A stretch of DNA of 64,000 nt from an uncultured Gammaproteobacteria bacterium (GCA_964566925.1 CAZMIZ010000002.1:72647-136646); one strand, 5' to 3'; shown: positions 35,933-45,667, counted from the stretch's first letter. Notes: generated by a model not told the origin, from the letters alone. Translations and numbers: made by a program.

Positions 35933-36415
35933 TTAAGTTTTTCCCTTCTTGCTAGATTGACAATGACAGATAGCCACCGCTAAAGCATCAGCAGTATGGG
36001 TTGGCCGAGGCAAAGAGCGCAATTTTAACGTCTTCCTGACGGTGGATTGAATCTGTCTTTTTTTGGCCCGGCCTTGTCCAGTTAAAACCATTTTAATTCT
36101 TAAAGGTGGATATTCAAAAACCTTAACTTTTCTTCTGGCAGCGGCTAGTTTAATGACGCCAATAGCTTGGCCTACGGCTGAAGCCGATTTGGCGTTGAGA
36201 TTAAAAAATAAACTTTCTATCGCTAGGACTTGAGGCTGATGTTTACGGAGAATTTTTAGAGTTTGTTGATAGATTGAATTAAGCCTTCTGGGGGCTTCGT
36301 GATCTACTGAGGTTTTGATAAGACCCTTATCGATAAGAGTAATTTCCCCTCGCCAGTAACGAACAATACCAAAGCCAGTCTCGGCCGTGCCTGGATCAAT
36401 TCCCAAAATAAGCAT
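35933..36415 (-). CDS. ruvC: Holliday junction resolvase RuvC
   Basis: ILGIDPG, AIE.LFF, EY.P..IK and ADALA motifs. Confidence 0.95.
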   Translation of the reverse strand: MLILGIDPGTAETGFGIVRYWRGEITLIDKGLIKTSVDHEAPRRLNSIYQQTLKILRKHQPQVLAIESLFFNLNAKSASAVGQAIGVIKLAAARRKVKVFEYPPLRIKMVLTGQGRAKKRQIQSTVRKTLKLRSLPRPTHTADALAVAICHCQSSKKGKT

Positions 36416-36535
36416 AGATTTAGTAAACTGCGCCTTTCGGCTTGTATAATTTTCTCTTGAGTTAAAATTATAGCATTCTTGTTAAAAAGCCTCAAATTGT
36501 GGTAAAATTAAGGAGATTTATAGAAGATCTGGACA

Positions 36536-36826
36536 GTGTATTATACTTATGTTCTAAGGAGCTTAAAAGACGGTAAACTATATATCGGCTGGGCAGGAGA
36601 TCTCAAGAAAAGACTAAAAAAGCACAACTCAGGACTGGTTTTAGCTACTAAATCTAGGTTGCCCTTAAAATTAATCTTCTATGAAGCTTTATTAAATAAA
36701 AAAGATGCGATTAATAGAGAAAAATTTTTCAAAACAGGCTGGGGTAGGAGACATTTGAAAAAGGCTTTAAAATACTCTTTAGGCAAAAAGGTGGGTTCGA
36801 TTCTTAAGTCGGGCCCGCCCGCCTAA
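36536..36826 (+). CDS. GIY-YIG nuclease family protein
   Basis: YTYVL.S...LYIG...R...HN.G...T and A..RE...K motifs. Confidence 0.85.
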   Translation: MYYTYVLRSLKDGKLYIGWAGDLKKRLKKHNSGLVLATKSRLPLKLIFYEALLNKKDAINREKFFKTGWGRRHLKKALKYSLGKKVGSILKSGPPA

Positions 36827-36850
36827 ATATTTGCAAAACAAATTTTTGGC

Positions 36851-36925
36851 GGGCCCGTAGCTCAGTGGTAGAGCACCTGCCTTTTAAGCAGGGTGTCGAA
36901 GGTTCGATCCCTTCCGGGCTCACCA
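36851..36925 (+). tRNA. tRNA-Lys(TTT)
   Basis: CCTGC-CT-TTT-AA-GCAGG arm; CCA. Confidence 0.95.
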
Positions 36926-36991
36926 CGTATAGCGCCAAATAAATTTGGCACATGTGGTAAACCACATAAAATTATTGTGCGTAGTAAACGG

Positions 36992-37252
36992 ATGTACTAC
37001 GTTTATTTGCTTGAGAGCATTAAGGATAAATCCTGGTATCTTGGATTTACGCCAGAAAGTCCTTTTAAAAGATTAGAGAAACATAATTCGGGTAGCGAGT
37101 ATTACACAAAACGCAAGCTACCATGGAGGCTGATATATTTCGAAGCGTACCTTAACAGGAGCGATGCTACCAGCAGAGAGAAATTCTTAAAAAGCGGTGC
37201 AGGCAGGACTTTTCTAAAAAAGCAAATTAAAAATTATTTAATTAACAGATAA
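36992..37252 (+). CDS. GIY-YIG nuclease family protein
   Basis: MYYVYLL...WYLG.T...RL..HN.G..YT...PW.L.Y.E...A..RE..LKSG. Confidence 0.88.
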   Translation: MYYVYLLESIKDKSWYLGFTPESPFKRLEKHNSGSEYYTKRKLPWRLIYFEAYLNRSDATSREKFLKSGAGRTFLKKQIKNYLINR

Positions 37253-37354
37253 TATTAATTCGCCGCGCGCAGGCAGTCGTATTTTGTAGCTTTCGCATGA
37301 TGGATGAAGTGAATTTTGCGGCTTGCCGCGTGGCGAGCAAAGCGAGCTTTACGC

Positions 37355-37427
37355 GGCCCCGTCGTCTAGTGGCCTAGGACATCAGGTTTTCATCCTGAAA
37401 ACAGGGGTTCGATTCCCCTCGGGGTCA
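37355..37427 (+). tRNA. tRNA-Glu(TTC); probable integration site
   Basis: TCAGG-TT-TTC-AT-CCTGA arm; overlapped antisense by the recombinase 3' end. Confidence 0.95.
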
Positions 37428-39091
37428 CACATTGGGACTAAAGAGGAGCCAGAATCGTCTTTTAGTCCGATAAATGGAGCCAATTTTGGTGTTCCAGAAA
37501 CCAATTCTTCGTAGGTAGGCGGTTTTTCAAAGATAAGTCCGAAGTAATCAGCCCTTTTTAAAGGATTTGAGCCTCCCAGGATCAGTTCCTCCAGGTGTTC
37601 CAGAAAGTAGCCGACAAACTCCATCACTCGCTCCATATTGACGTCTTTTTCTTTATTTTCTACTTTGCTGGCTTGCAGATTTCTAATTTCTTTTTCAGTT
37701 TTGACCAGCTCTTCTTCCATGTATTTAATGGCCGTTGCAGACTCAAGGTATTTAATCTTGTCAACGGTTATCTTGGCTAACGATTTAAGCTCTTCAATCT
37801 TCCGGTCTATCTGTTTATTGTCCTTTTGGCTGCTTTCTATTTTATCCTGCCATAAATCAATTACACACTTTTTCAAGTCCTTGACGTATTTTGGTTTGAT
37901 GCCTAAATTGCTGACAAAACCGGCAATGGTGTCTTCAAATTCCTGCTTAGGCACCCGGAAATAATGGCCCCGCTTATTACAGTGATAGGCAGGATAATAT
38001 TTGCCAAGCCTTCCCCGGGAAGCGCTGCCATATAGAGCTTTCCCGCAAATCGGGCACATAACGTATCTTTTGTAGGGAAATTTGGGATTCCTAACCGATT
38101 TATAAAGCAAATGATCGGGCGGCTTTTTCTTCCAGAATTTTATCTGGCCGTTTTCTTCGGAAATGATAATTTTTCCCTTATTAGCTTTATTAAAAGTCTC
38201 AACCGACACCAAGCCCTTAAACTTGCATTTTATCGGCTTGTCTTTAGTCCAGCTTTCAATATTGATGCCGGCATAAATCGGATTTTGAATATATTTCCAG
38301 AGGGCTTTTAAAGACAACGGGCATTCTCCCGCCTGGCCGATTATTTTTGTCCTGTCTTTAGGGTCGCGACGGTAACGCTTTCTGGTTTTAAAACCCAACT
38401 TGTTTAACTTATCAACGATTTCCTGGTCATTTAAGTTACTGCTTGCCCGAAGCTCAAACATCCTAATAATCCATTTTGATTCCTTCGGGTGGGGTTTTAG
38501 GATGACTCTTTTACCATGGGCGGTTTCCACTTTTTCGTTGACATAGCCAAAAGGAGCTTGTCTGACCCTGTAACCCATTCTAACGTATCTAATTTCGGCA
38601 CCAATCATCCTGGTCATGATATCTCTCATCTCGTCTTTGGCCCGCTCTGCTTCCAAAATTTCCGTTTTTTTAGTAGGGTTGTAAACACTCCAGTCGTATT
38701 TGATGTTTAAATGCTCTAAGGTGTTTATTTCCTGACTACTGATGACCCCATAAATATCAACCAGTTTGACATCATACTTGGTCAGTTGCATTTTAAGATG
38801 GTCATAAAGATAAGAACCGCCTCTGGTAAAGCGGTCAATCGATTTGACAATAAATAGCTGGATGTCGTTTTTTGGCTTTTTGCAGTAATCAATCGCTTCT
38901 TGGACCGGCTGCTCTTCTCTGGAAGCGCTCTCCATGAAGATAAAAAACTTTTTAATCTTGATGTTGTGGTTTTCCGCAAACCTTTCGATTTGCTCTTTCT
39001 GGTCTTCCGGTGAATCGCCTTGAAGCCCTTGTTTTAAGGAAGAAATTCTGATGGCGGCAACGGCATTTTCAGGTTTTGGCAGGTTATTCAT
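37382..39091 (-). CDS. Large serine recombinase (integrase)
   Basis: AAIRISSLKQ catalytic Ser, DRFTR, APFGY recombinase domain, CPICG...YHC Zn ribbon, coiled coil. Confidence 0.92.
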   Translation of the reverse strand: MNNLPKPENAVAAIRISSLKQGLQGDSPEDQKEQIERFAENHNIKIKKFFIFMESASREEQPVQEAIDYCKKPKNDIQLFIVKSIDRFTRGGSYLYDHLKMQLTKYDVKLVDIYGVISSQEINTLEHLNIKYDWSVYNPTKKTEILEAERAKDEMRDIMTRMIGAEIRYVRMGYRVRQAPFGYVNEKVETAHGKRVILKPHPKESKWIIRMFELRASSNLNDQEIVDKLNKLGFKTRKRYRRDPKDRTKIIGQAGECPLSLKALWKYIQNPIYAGINIESWTKDKPIKCKFKGLVSVETFNKANKGKIIISEENGQIKFWKKKPPDHLLYKSVRNPKFPYKRYVMCPICGKALYGSASRGRLGKYYPAYHCNKRGHYFRVPKQEFEDTIAGFVSNLGIKPKYVKDLKKCVIDLWQDKIESSQKDNKQIDRKIEELKSLAKITVDKIKYLESATAIKYMEEELVKTEKEIRNLQASKVENKEKDVNMERVMEFVGYFLEHLEELILGGSNPLKRADYFGLIFEKPPTYEELVSGTPKLAPFIGLKDDSGSSLVPMCDPEGNRTPVFRMKT

Positions 39092-39228
39092 TTGACTACT
39101 TCCTCAGTTAATTCCTTATTTTGCTCTTCGACAATTCTGTCGACAAGGAAGTTGGCAAATATCTTCATTCGGTCTTCTTTCTTATCCTTTCTCGTCTTAT
39201 TATGCTTTGAAACCCGCTCCTTATTCAT
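39088..39228 (-). CDS. 46-aa protein coupled to the recombinase (not in the ORF track)
   Basis: MNKERVSKHNKTRKDKKEDRMKIFANFLVDRIVEEQNKELTEEVVK*; its TGA overlaps the recombinase ATG; lies downstream of a consensus promoter. Confidence 0.6.
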   Translation of the reverse strand: MNKERVSKHNKTRKDKKEDRMKIFANFLVDRIVEEQNKELTEEVVK

Positions 39229-39276
39229 TGATTTTACTCTTAACCTAGCCACAAAACTTGTATCCTTAGTTTATTA

Positions 39277-39322
39277 ACTATCCATATATGGATAGTATAA
39301 CAAGGGTAAAACAGCTTGTCAA
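39277..39322 (-). promoter_or_regulatory. Recombinase operon promoter with a 20-bp perfect palindrome
   Basis: TTGACA-17 bp-TATACT (39322-39294); ACTATCCATATATGGATAGT at 39277-39296. Confidence 0.75.
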
Positions 39323-39412
39323 GTAGTAAAGATAAAAAGGTTTCGATTTCTTGTTTTATGTAGTATACTATAGCCAACCTGCCTCATAATCATCCTGCCT
39401 GAAGGGTAAATT

Positions 39413-42073
39413 ATGAGGATTTTTGGTGAATTAGCAAACTTTTTTAGAGACAGCTTTGTTTTTACTTCTTCTTTTCAGACTCTACAAAGCAATCTTTCCC
39501 TTAATAAAACCCTGAAGCTGCTACCTATTTCTTTCTTAGGAGACTTGCTTACTATCCTAGCCTTAGCTTTTACCGCCTTTCTGACTCTCTATGCCTTATT
39601 AAAATTATTGCTGGTAAGAAAAGAGCTAAAGCAGAAGTATGTTTTGTTTGAAATCAGGCCATTGACCGAAACCCTGCAAAGCCCGCTTTCCACTCAGCAA
39701 CTTTTTAATCTTATTCATGGTCTAGCCAGACAGCGATCTCTATTTTATAAACTAATGGATGCCTACAAAAGCTATTCTTTTGAAATTGTTTCCACCAAAA
39801 AAGAGGGTATCAGGTATTTGCTGAGAATCAACTGCGAAGACGCAGAATTGGTTAAAAAGAGTCTCCTTTCCTACCTTCCGGGAATTAGTATCAATCGGGT
39901 CAGCGATTATCTGCCAAAAAAACTTAAAAATGACCGATTTAAAATCGCCGACTTTAAGCAATCAAATCAATTTGCTTATCCTCTGAAAAAACAAAAACTG
40001 CTTAAAGAACACGACCCCATTGCTTATATCACCGGCAGTATGACCAAACTGGACAAAGATGAACTGGTTTCTTTCCAAATCGTTGCTTCTCCGGCTAACA
40101 GGCGCTACTTAAAACAGGCAAGGACAATTACCAATTTGATTGCCGCTAAAAGTGACTTGGTAACCGGCTTAAAAACCTTGAAATTAAATCAGCAATTATT
40201 CAGCTCACTTAAATTATCGCTAAGATTTGTTCTCTATTTATTTCTTATTCCCTTTGGGTTTTTGATATTTTTAATCACCGGAGGCAAAGAAGGTCCTCTC
40301 TTACATCTTGGGATTTTGAATCAGAACAGCAGGAAGAGCGATATTTACCAAAAAGAACTTGAAGAAGTAATAAAAGACAAATTAGATCAACCACTTTTCA
40401 AAACTTCTTTGCGCTTGCTAGTCGTCAGTAAAATCCCGAGAAAACAAAGCGAGCAGATTAAAGGTTTTACCTCCGCCCTTTCCTCGTTTAATAATTCCAA
40501 TTACCAGTCGTTAGTTCCTTTTTTTAAGTTTAAACACGGTTTAATTAAACAAATTAAAGCCTATTTATTTAGAAATAGACTGCTTGGTTTATGGGGAAAG
40601 TCGGTTCTATCGGCCTCAGAGGTGGCCGATATTTATCACCTGCCTTTCACCATCAAAACTAAAACAGAAGATTTAGTCAAACAGCACAGCAAGCAACTAC
40701 CGGCGCCGCTCTCTTTAAAAAGGGCCGATAATTTTGATGTCGTCTTTGCCGAAAACTCCTATGGCGGAACGGTCACTAAAATCGGTTTAACCGAAGACGA
40801 AAGAAGAAGGCATATCTATATCCTCGGGGCCACTGGCACCGGCAAGTCAACTTTGCTTTTGTCAATGATTTTACAGGATATTGAAAACAAAAAAGGGCTA
40901 TGTGTCATTGACCCTCACGGAGATTTAATTGAACAAATTCTGCCCGCTATTCCCCAAGAAAGGGTCAATGATGTCATCTATTTTAATCCGGATGATGTTA
41001 GCCATCCAATTGGTCTTAACCTTTTAGAACTGACACCCGGCTTGAATGAAGATGATGCCCTTCGGGAAAAAGAATTTTTGACGGAAAGTATTATTTCCCT
41101 GTTTCACAAAATCTATTCGGAAAAATATTCCGGGCCGAGGATGGAATATATTTTAAGAAACACCATCCATACTGCTTTTACCACTGAAAACTCGACTTTG
41201 TTTACAGTTTATAAACTGTTGATTAATACTCCTTACCGCAAAAGGGTTGTCAGAGGCTTGGATGATGAAGACTTGAGGGATTTTTGGCGCTATGAATTTG
41301 CCAAAGCCGGCGATTACCAGAAGGTTAAAATGATTTCACCGATTACTAATAAAATCGGCCGCTTCCTTTTTTCGCCAACCGCCAAAAGAATTTTGGAACA
41401 AGAGAAATCCAGCATCAACTTTGATGAGATTTTATCTTCGGGAAAAATCCTGCTCTGCAATGTTTCCAAAGGCAGGATCGGTGAAGACTCTTCCGAAGTC
41501 TTCGGGATCCTAATCATGACCAAAATCCAGCTGGCGGCTTTAAAAAGAGCCAGAACAGCCGATAAAGAGAGGAGAGACTTTTATCTCTACGTTGACGAAT
41601 TTCAGAATTTTGCCACCCCCGCTTTCGCGGAAATCCTGTCGGAAGCCAGAAAATATCGACTGAATGCCATTATGGCTCACCAAACCACTTCCCAGCTTGA
41701 AGATAAATCTTTGGTTAATGTTACTTTGGCTAATACGGGAACGGTAATTTGTTTTCGAACCGCCAACCCAGAAGATGAAAAATTGATTTTACCCCAATTC
41801 TCGCCATACGTCGAAAAAGGCGAAATTGCCAGTCTGCCATCGTTTAATTTTTACATCAAAATCAGCGCCCTTAACCCGGAAGAGCCCTTTTCGGGGATAA
41901 CCACGCCCGTCTTTACCAATTTGGATAATCAAAGAACCAATCAAATCATCGAGCGGTCAAGAAAACTCTACACCTTGCCCTATAAAAAACAAGTGAAGAA
42001 AGATAAAAAAATGAACAAAGAGTTGCAGCCTAAGCTAATTACCAAGACTCAAACTGGAAGCCTCCTGCCCTAA
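39413..42073 (+). CDS. VirD4/TraD-like type IV coupling ATPase
   Basis: RRRHIYILGATGTGKS, IDPHGD, YVDEFQN and LSEARKY motifs; TM segments. Confidence 0.9.
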   Translation: MRIFGELANFFRDSFVFTSSFQTLQSNLSLNKTLKLLPISFLGDLLTILALAFTAFLTLYALLKLLLVRKELKQKYVLFEIRPLTETLQSPLSTQQLFNLIHGLARQRSLFYKLMDAYKSYSFEIVSTKKEGIRYLLRINCEDAELVKKSLLSYLPGISINRVSDYLPKKLKNDRFKIADFKQSNQFAYPLKKQKLLKEHDPIAYITGSMTKLDKDELVSFQIVASPANRRYLKQARTITNLIAAKSDLVTGLKTLKLNQQLFSSLKLSLRFVLYLFLIPFGFLIFLITGGKEGPLLHLGILNQNSRKSDIYQKELEEVIKDKLDQPLFKTSLRLLVVSKIPRKQSEQIKGFTSALSSFNNSNYQSLVPFFKFKHGLIKQIKAYLFRNRLLGLWGKSVLSASEVADIYHLPFTIKTKTEDLVKQHSKQLPAPLSLKRADNFDVVFAENSYGGTVTKIGLTEDERRRHIYILGATGTGKSTLLLSMILQDIENKKGLCVIDPHGDLIEQILPAIPQERVNDVIYFNPDDVSHPIGLNLLELTPGLNEDDALREKEFLTESIISLFHKIYSEKYSGPRMEYILRNTIHTAFTTENSTLFTVYKLLINTPYRKRVVRGLDDEDLRDFWRYEFAKAGDYQKVKMISPITNKIGRFLFSPTAKRILEQEKSSINFDEILSSGKILLCNVSKGRIGEDSSEVFGILIMTKIQLAALKRARTADKERRDFYLYVDEFQNFATPAFAEILSEARKYRLNAIMAHQTTSQLEDKSLVNVTLANTGTVICFRTANPEDEKLILPQFSPYVEKGEIASLPSFNFYIKISALNPEEPFSGITTPVFTNLDNQRTNQIIERSRKLYTLPYKKQVKKDKKMNKELQPKLITKTQTGSLLP

Positions 42074-42218
42074 AAATTGTCCTCGCGCTTTGGGACAAAA
42101 AATTGCTGAATTTAGCCTTAAAAATGACGATAATCTCTACCCCTTATCCCTTATAAATAAGGAGGAGAAACGTAAACCAGTCAAGAGTTTGGGAAAATAA
42201 ACCAACACAAACGACCTT

Positions 42219-42998
42219 ATGAATCAAACAAAAAAGCCAACCTCAAAGCAAATTGAAATCCTTATTCTTTTATATCGCTTCCGCTTTCTCAATCGCCGCC
42301 ATCTCCAAAAATTTCTCAACCACCAAGACCATCGACGAATCAACGCCTGGCTGAAAGATCTCACCGAAAAAAAATATCTTGGTCGAATCTACTCCCGAAA
42401 ATTTGGAGAAAACACCCAGCCAGCCATTTACTTCCTGAAATCAAAAGCGGCTGGTGTTTTGAGAAAAAAACCAGAGATTAACCAATCCCTGCTTAACCGA
42501 ATCTATCGGGAAAATCTACGCTCAAGAAAATTCATTAACCACTGCCTTTTCTTGGCTGATATCTATTTTCATCTGAACCAGCTTTGTTCAGAAGACAAAG
42601 CCAAGCTTCAGTTTTTCCATCGGACCGATTTAAGCAGCCATGATTATCTACCCGAACCCCTGCCTGATTTGTATTTTGTCATCCAGGAACCGAGGGGGGA
42701 AGCCAAAAGGTATTTCTTGGAAATGTTCGTCAGGAAGACTCCCCGTTATGCCTTGCGGCATCGTCTTTTTAGATTTTTTAATTATTATCAATCCAATCTC
42801 TGGGAAAAAACCACCCGCCATCCCTTCCCGACCATTCTTTTGGTCTGTTCCGACAGGTACATGCAGGCCTATTTGAATAAATTCATCAAAGAAACCCAGG
42901 AAGACGAAGAAAATTACGAAATTCAATTCTTTTTAACCACCATAGGAAAAATAAGGAAAGAGGGAGTAGGCAAGAAGGTCTGGAAAGCAATCGTTTAA
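42219..42998 (+). CDS. Replication-relaxation (Replic_Relax) family protein, putative relaxase
   Basis: N-terminal wHTH (LYRFRFL...L..L....YL), H.L...DIY, PD.Y...YFLE; directly after VirD4. Confidence 0.75.
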   Translation: MNQTKKPTSKQIEILILLYRFRFLNRRHLQKFLNHQDHRRINAWLKDLTEKKYLGRIYSRKFGENTQPAIYFLKSKAAGVLRKKPEINQSLLNRIYRENLRSRKFINHCLFLADIYFHLNQLCSEDKAKLQFFHRTDLSSHDYLPEPLPDLYFVIQEPRGEAKRYFLEMFVRKTPRYALRHRLFRFFNYYQSNLWEKTTRHPFPTILLVCSDRYMQAYLNKFIKETQEDEENYEIQFFLTTIGKIRKEGVGKKVWKAIV

Positions 42999-43025
42999 CC
43001 ATCAGGCAAAAAGATAGAAAGCGCC

Positions 43026-44060
43026 TTATTTTTCTTTTAACTGGTAGTAACTGGCTTTCCCTTTTCCCTTTCTTTCGATCAACCCCAAGTCAATCAGTTT
43101 TTTGAAATCCAGGTTTCTGGTCGCCCTGGCCCGGTCAGTCAGTCCGGCATAATCGCGATCGGAGATATAACCCTTTTGGCTGATGAATTCTAAAATCCGT
43201 TGATGGTAAGGCTTCAGTTCTGTTTTGGGGCTGACCGAAGTTTCGGGCAGGATTTTTTTCACCCGCAAGAGTTCGTCGATGATCCCGTCCGTAAAGTATT
43301 CCAGCCAGTCGGTAAAATCAATGGCCTTAACCAGGTCATAATAATTGCCCAGCACCCCAATCTTCTTAAAGTAGTTGGTTACGTTTCGGTTATAGTAATT
43401 CTCGAAACTGAAAAGGTTAAAAGTATCAAGGCCCATGTCTGCTAAAAGAACTTTGGTGGCCAACCTGGCCGTCCGGCCGTTGCCGTCCATAAAGGGATGA
43501 ATAATCACCAACTGCTTATGAAAGATACCGGCGATGATCAGGGGGTCAACCAAACCTTTATTTTTGACCACAAATTTAATCAGTCCGTCCAGCAATTGGT
43601 CAAGGTCCTGGTGATCGGGTGGCCAATAGACGGTTTTACCGGTCCGGGGATCATTGACAAAAACAGGTTCCCGTCTTAATTTTCCCAGTTGATCGCGGGG
43701 AGCTAACTGATTAAGGATTTGCCGGTGAACAGACAAAATCAGCTGAAGATCAAAGGCAATCCGGCCGCTTTTCAGTTTTTTATTTAATTCCTTCAGAGCT
43801 TGATTGTAATTAATGATCTCCTGCTCGCTCCTTCTTAAATTTTTAGGCTGGGTTTTAAGAATCTGCTTGACGTCGGTCAGCGGCAAGGGGTTGCCTTCAA
43901 TGCTGGTTGAAGCAAAGGCAGAAGTTTCCCGAGCCTTTCTTTCCAGCTCATAAAGAACCACCTTCGGAAATCTTCTATTATTCAGGTCCAAAACAATCGA
44001 ATTTATCTGTTTGATCTTGGCCAGAAGCCTGTCGGTAATGGTATATTGAGGCTCAAACAT
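43026..44060 (-). CDS. Fic family protein with C-terminal HTH
   Basis: HPFMDGNGRTAR, inhibitory STSIEGN motif and C-terminal wHTH. Confidence 0.92.
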   Translation of the reverse strand: MFEPQYTITDRLLAKIKQINSIVLDLNNRRFPKVVLYELERKARETSAFASTSIEGNPLPLTDVKQILKTQPKNLRRSEQEIINYNQALKELNKKLKSGRIAFDLQLILSVHRQILNQLAPRDQLGKLRREPVFVNDPRTGKTVYWPPDHQDLDQLLDGLIKFVVKNKGLVDPLIIAGIFHKQLVIIHPFMDGNGRTARLATKVLLADMGLDTFNLFSFENYYNRNVTNYFKKIGVLGNYYDLVKAIDFTDWLEYFTDGIIDELLRVKKILPETSVSPKTELKPYHQRILEFISQKGYISDRDYAGLTDRARATRNLDFKKLIDLGLIERKGKGKASYYQLKEK

Positions 44061-44078
44061 GAGACATATTATAGACGA

Positions 44079-44417
44079 TTATTGGACGATTTGCAACCCC
44101 TCACTCTCCGGCCGATTCCTGGTAACGATTTTGCTTGAAAGACATTCTTCAAACTCATAATCTCTTTCAATACCGGTTCCAGATGGGCTCTCAAAGTCTT
44201 CCAGTTCTTTTAGGGAAAAGAAACCCCACTCATTCCAGTCGCCATAAATTGACACATAGCCAAAAAACATTCTGCTTTTCGAATCGTATTCCGTGGCGTA
44301 CCAGTTGCCGGATCCTGCCGGATTAAAAAACTTGCCAATCACCACTGGGTCTTTTTCGTTTCTCTGACGGCCAACCTTGGCAAATCTTCTTCCCAGCCCT
44401 CTGGTCATCAGATTCAT
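44079..44417 (-). CDS. DUF2958 family protein
   Basis: KFF.P.G...WYATEYD...FFG.V...EWG.FSL.EL...IERD pattern. Confidence 0.75.
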   Translation of the reverse strand: MNLMTRGLGRRFAKVGRQRNEKDPVVIGKFFNPAGSGNWYATEYDSKSRMFFGYVSIYGDWNEWGFFSLKELEDFESPSGTGIERDYEFEECLSSKIVTRNRPESEGLQIVQ

Positions 44418-44635
44418 TTAATCTCACCTCCTTTCTTTATCTGCCAGTCAACTGTTTTTAGATAAAGGTCAATCGCTTCGGCCACCAGCTTGGTAATCGG
44501 CCTGCCGGTCTTTCTTTTCAGAAGCCAAAGCAGGCAAAGATGCTCGGCGGAAACCCTGGGCTTGTAATTCGCCTCTGGTTTTATTTCAAACTCCGGTGAG
44601 CCTAAAATAGCGGTTTGGATTTGAGTGATTGTCAT
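44414..44635 (-). CDS. Small DNA-binding protein (RHH-like)
   Basis: Y.PR.S...L..LK..TG.PIT.LV.EAID.YL; overlaps the DUF2958 start; SD AGGAGGTGA at its end. Confidence 0.6.
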   Translation of the reverse strand: MTITQIQTAILGSPEFEIKPEANYKPRVSAEHLCLLWLLKRKTGRPITKLVAEAIDLYLKTVDWQIKKGGEIK

Positions 44636-44833
44636 TTTTAAAATTTTTTTGGTGGAGGCCTTGCCTCCGATAGCTGATCAACCGCACAGCTGGCGAAGTG
44701 AAGTCAAGGGCAAGCGAAGCGCCGTTCATTGAAAACCCTTGACGAGCGAAGACAGATGTGCCAAGAAAATGAAAAAATATAACAGAAGCCCTATTTATTG
44801 GGCTTTTTTGATTCTTCCTGCTATAATCCGCAC

Positions 44834-45667
44834 ATGCGTGGTTTTTTAAAGTCAATTTTGCATTCAGGCCCCACCAAAGAACATGGACAGAGATTGGCTG
44901 TTACTCAACCTTTTGATGTCGAAGTCGAGAGATTAGGTTATGAGGAGACACTCCTTCTTGCAAGACACCTGATGACTTTAGCCCGCCGACGCCGTTGCGC
45001 CACCAACCATTTAGGCGAATACGCAACAAGAGAAAGAGGCTTAAACTGGCAATTAGAAGGCTGGTATTACATAAACGGATTCACTGATGCCGATGATGCC
45101 CATAGCAAGATGCTAGATGATCTAGAAGCAATCGCTCAAGACCCAGATCAAACAAGCAGAACTATTAAAGAAAGAGTCATTTTAACTAATTATTTTTCAG
45201 AGAGAGGCGAATTGGAGGACTGTTATTCTTATGGAGAAATCAATCCATTTATTTTTGAAACCGAAGGCAGGATTGTTGGTTTACGGGATACGCTATTCGA
45301 CCAAATGGATTTTCCTTCGAGGGTCTCTACAATAGTTTCATTTGATCCAGAAATTAGAGGCCACAAACATCAAATCCGATATTTCCGTTCATTACTTGTA
45401 GCTTATTCTCTAGCTCATATTTTGAACGATAGAGGAATTGAAAGCGATCCAATAACAATTTTTCTTCAGGATGAGCGTGCTTTAGCAAATGGATGGCTAG
45501 CTGTTGCCCAACGGATGAAAAGTTTTTCCATTACACCAGATGGATTACCTCCTGATGAGAACTTTCTTTACGACCATGGCAAGGTTTCTGAGTCCGCAAT
45601 GCTTTTTAATGGTTATTGTCATTTATCTGAAGCAGTTCTTGGATTAAGAAGTTGGAGTGATTTCTGA
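44834..45667 (+). CDS. Hypothetical protein
   Basis: ORF starts 6 nt after TGCTATAAT; no recognised motif. Confidence 0.6.
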   Translation: MRGFLKSILHSGPTKEHGQRLAVTQPFDVEVERLGYEETLLLARHLMTLARRRRCATNHLGEYATRERGLNWQLEGWYYINGFTDADDAHSKMLDDLEAIAQDPDQTSRTIKERVILTNYFSERGELEDCYSYGEINPFIFETEGRIVGLRDTLFDQMDFPSRVSTIVSFDPEIRGHKHQIRYFRSLLVAYSLAHILNDRGIESDPITIFLQDERALANGWLAVAQRMKSFSITPDGLPPDENFLYDHGKVSESAMLFNGYCHLSEAVLGLRSWSDF

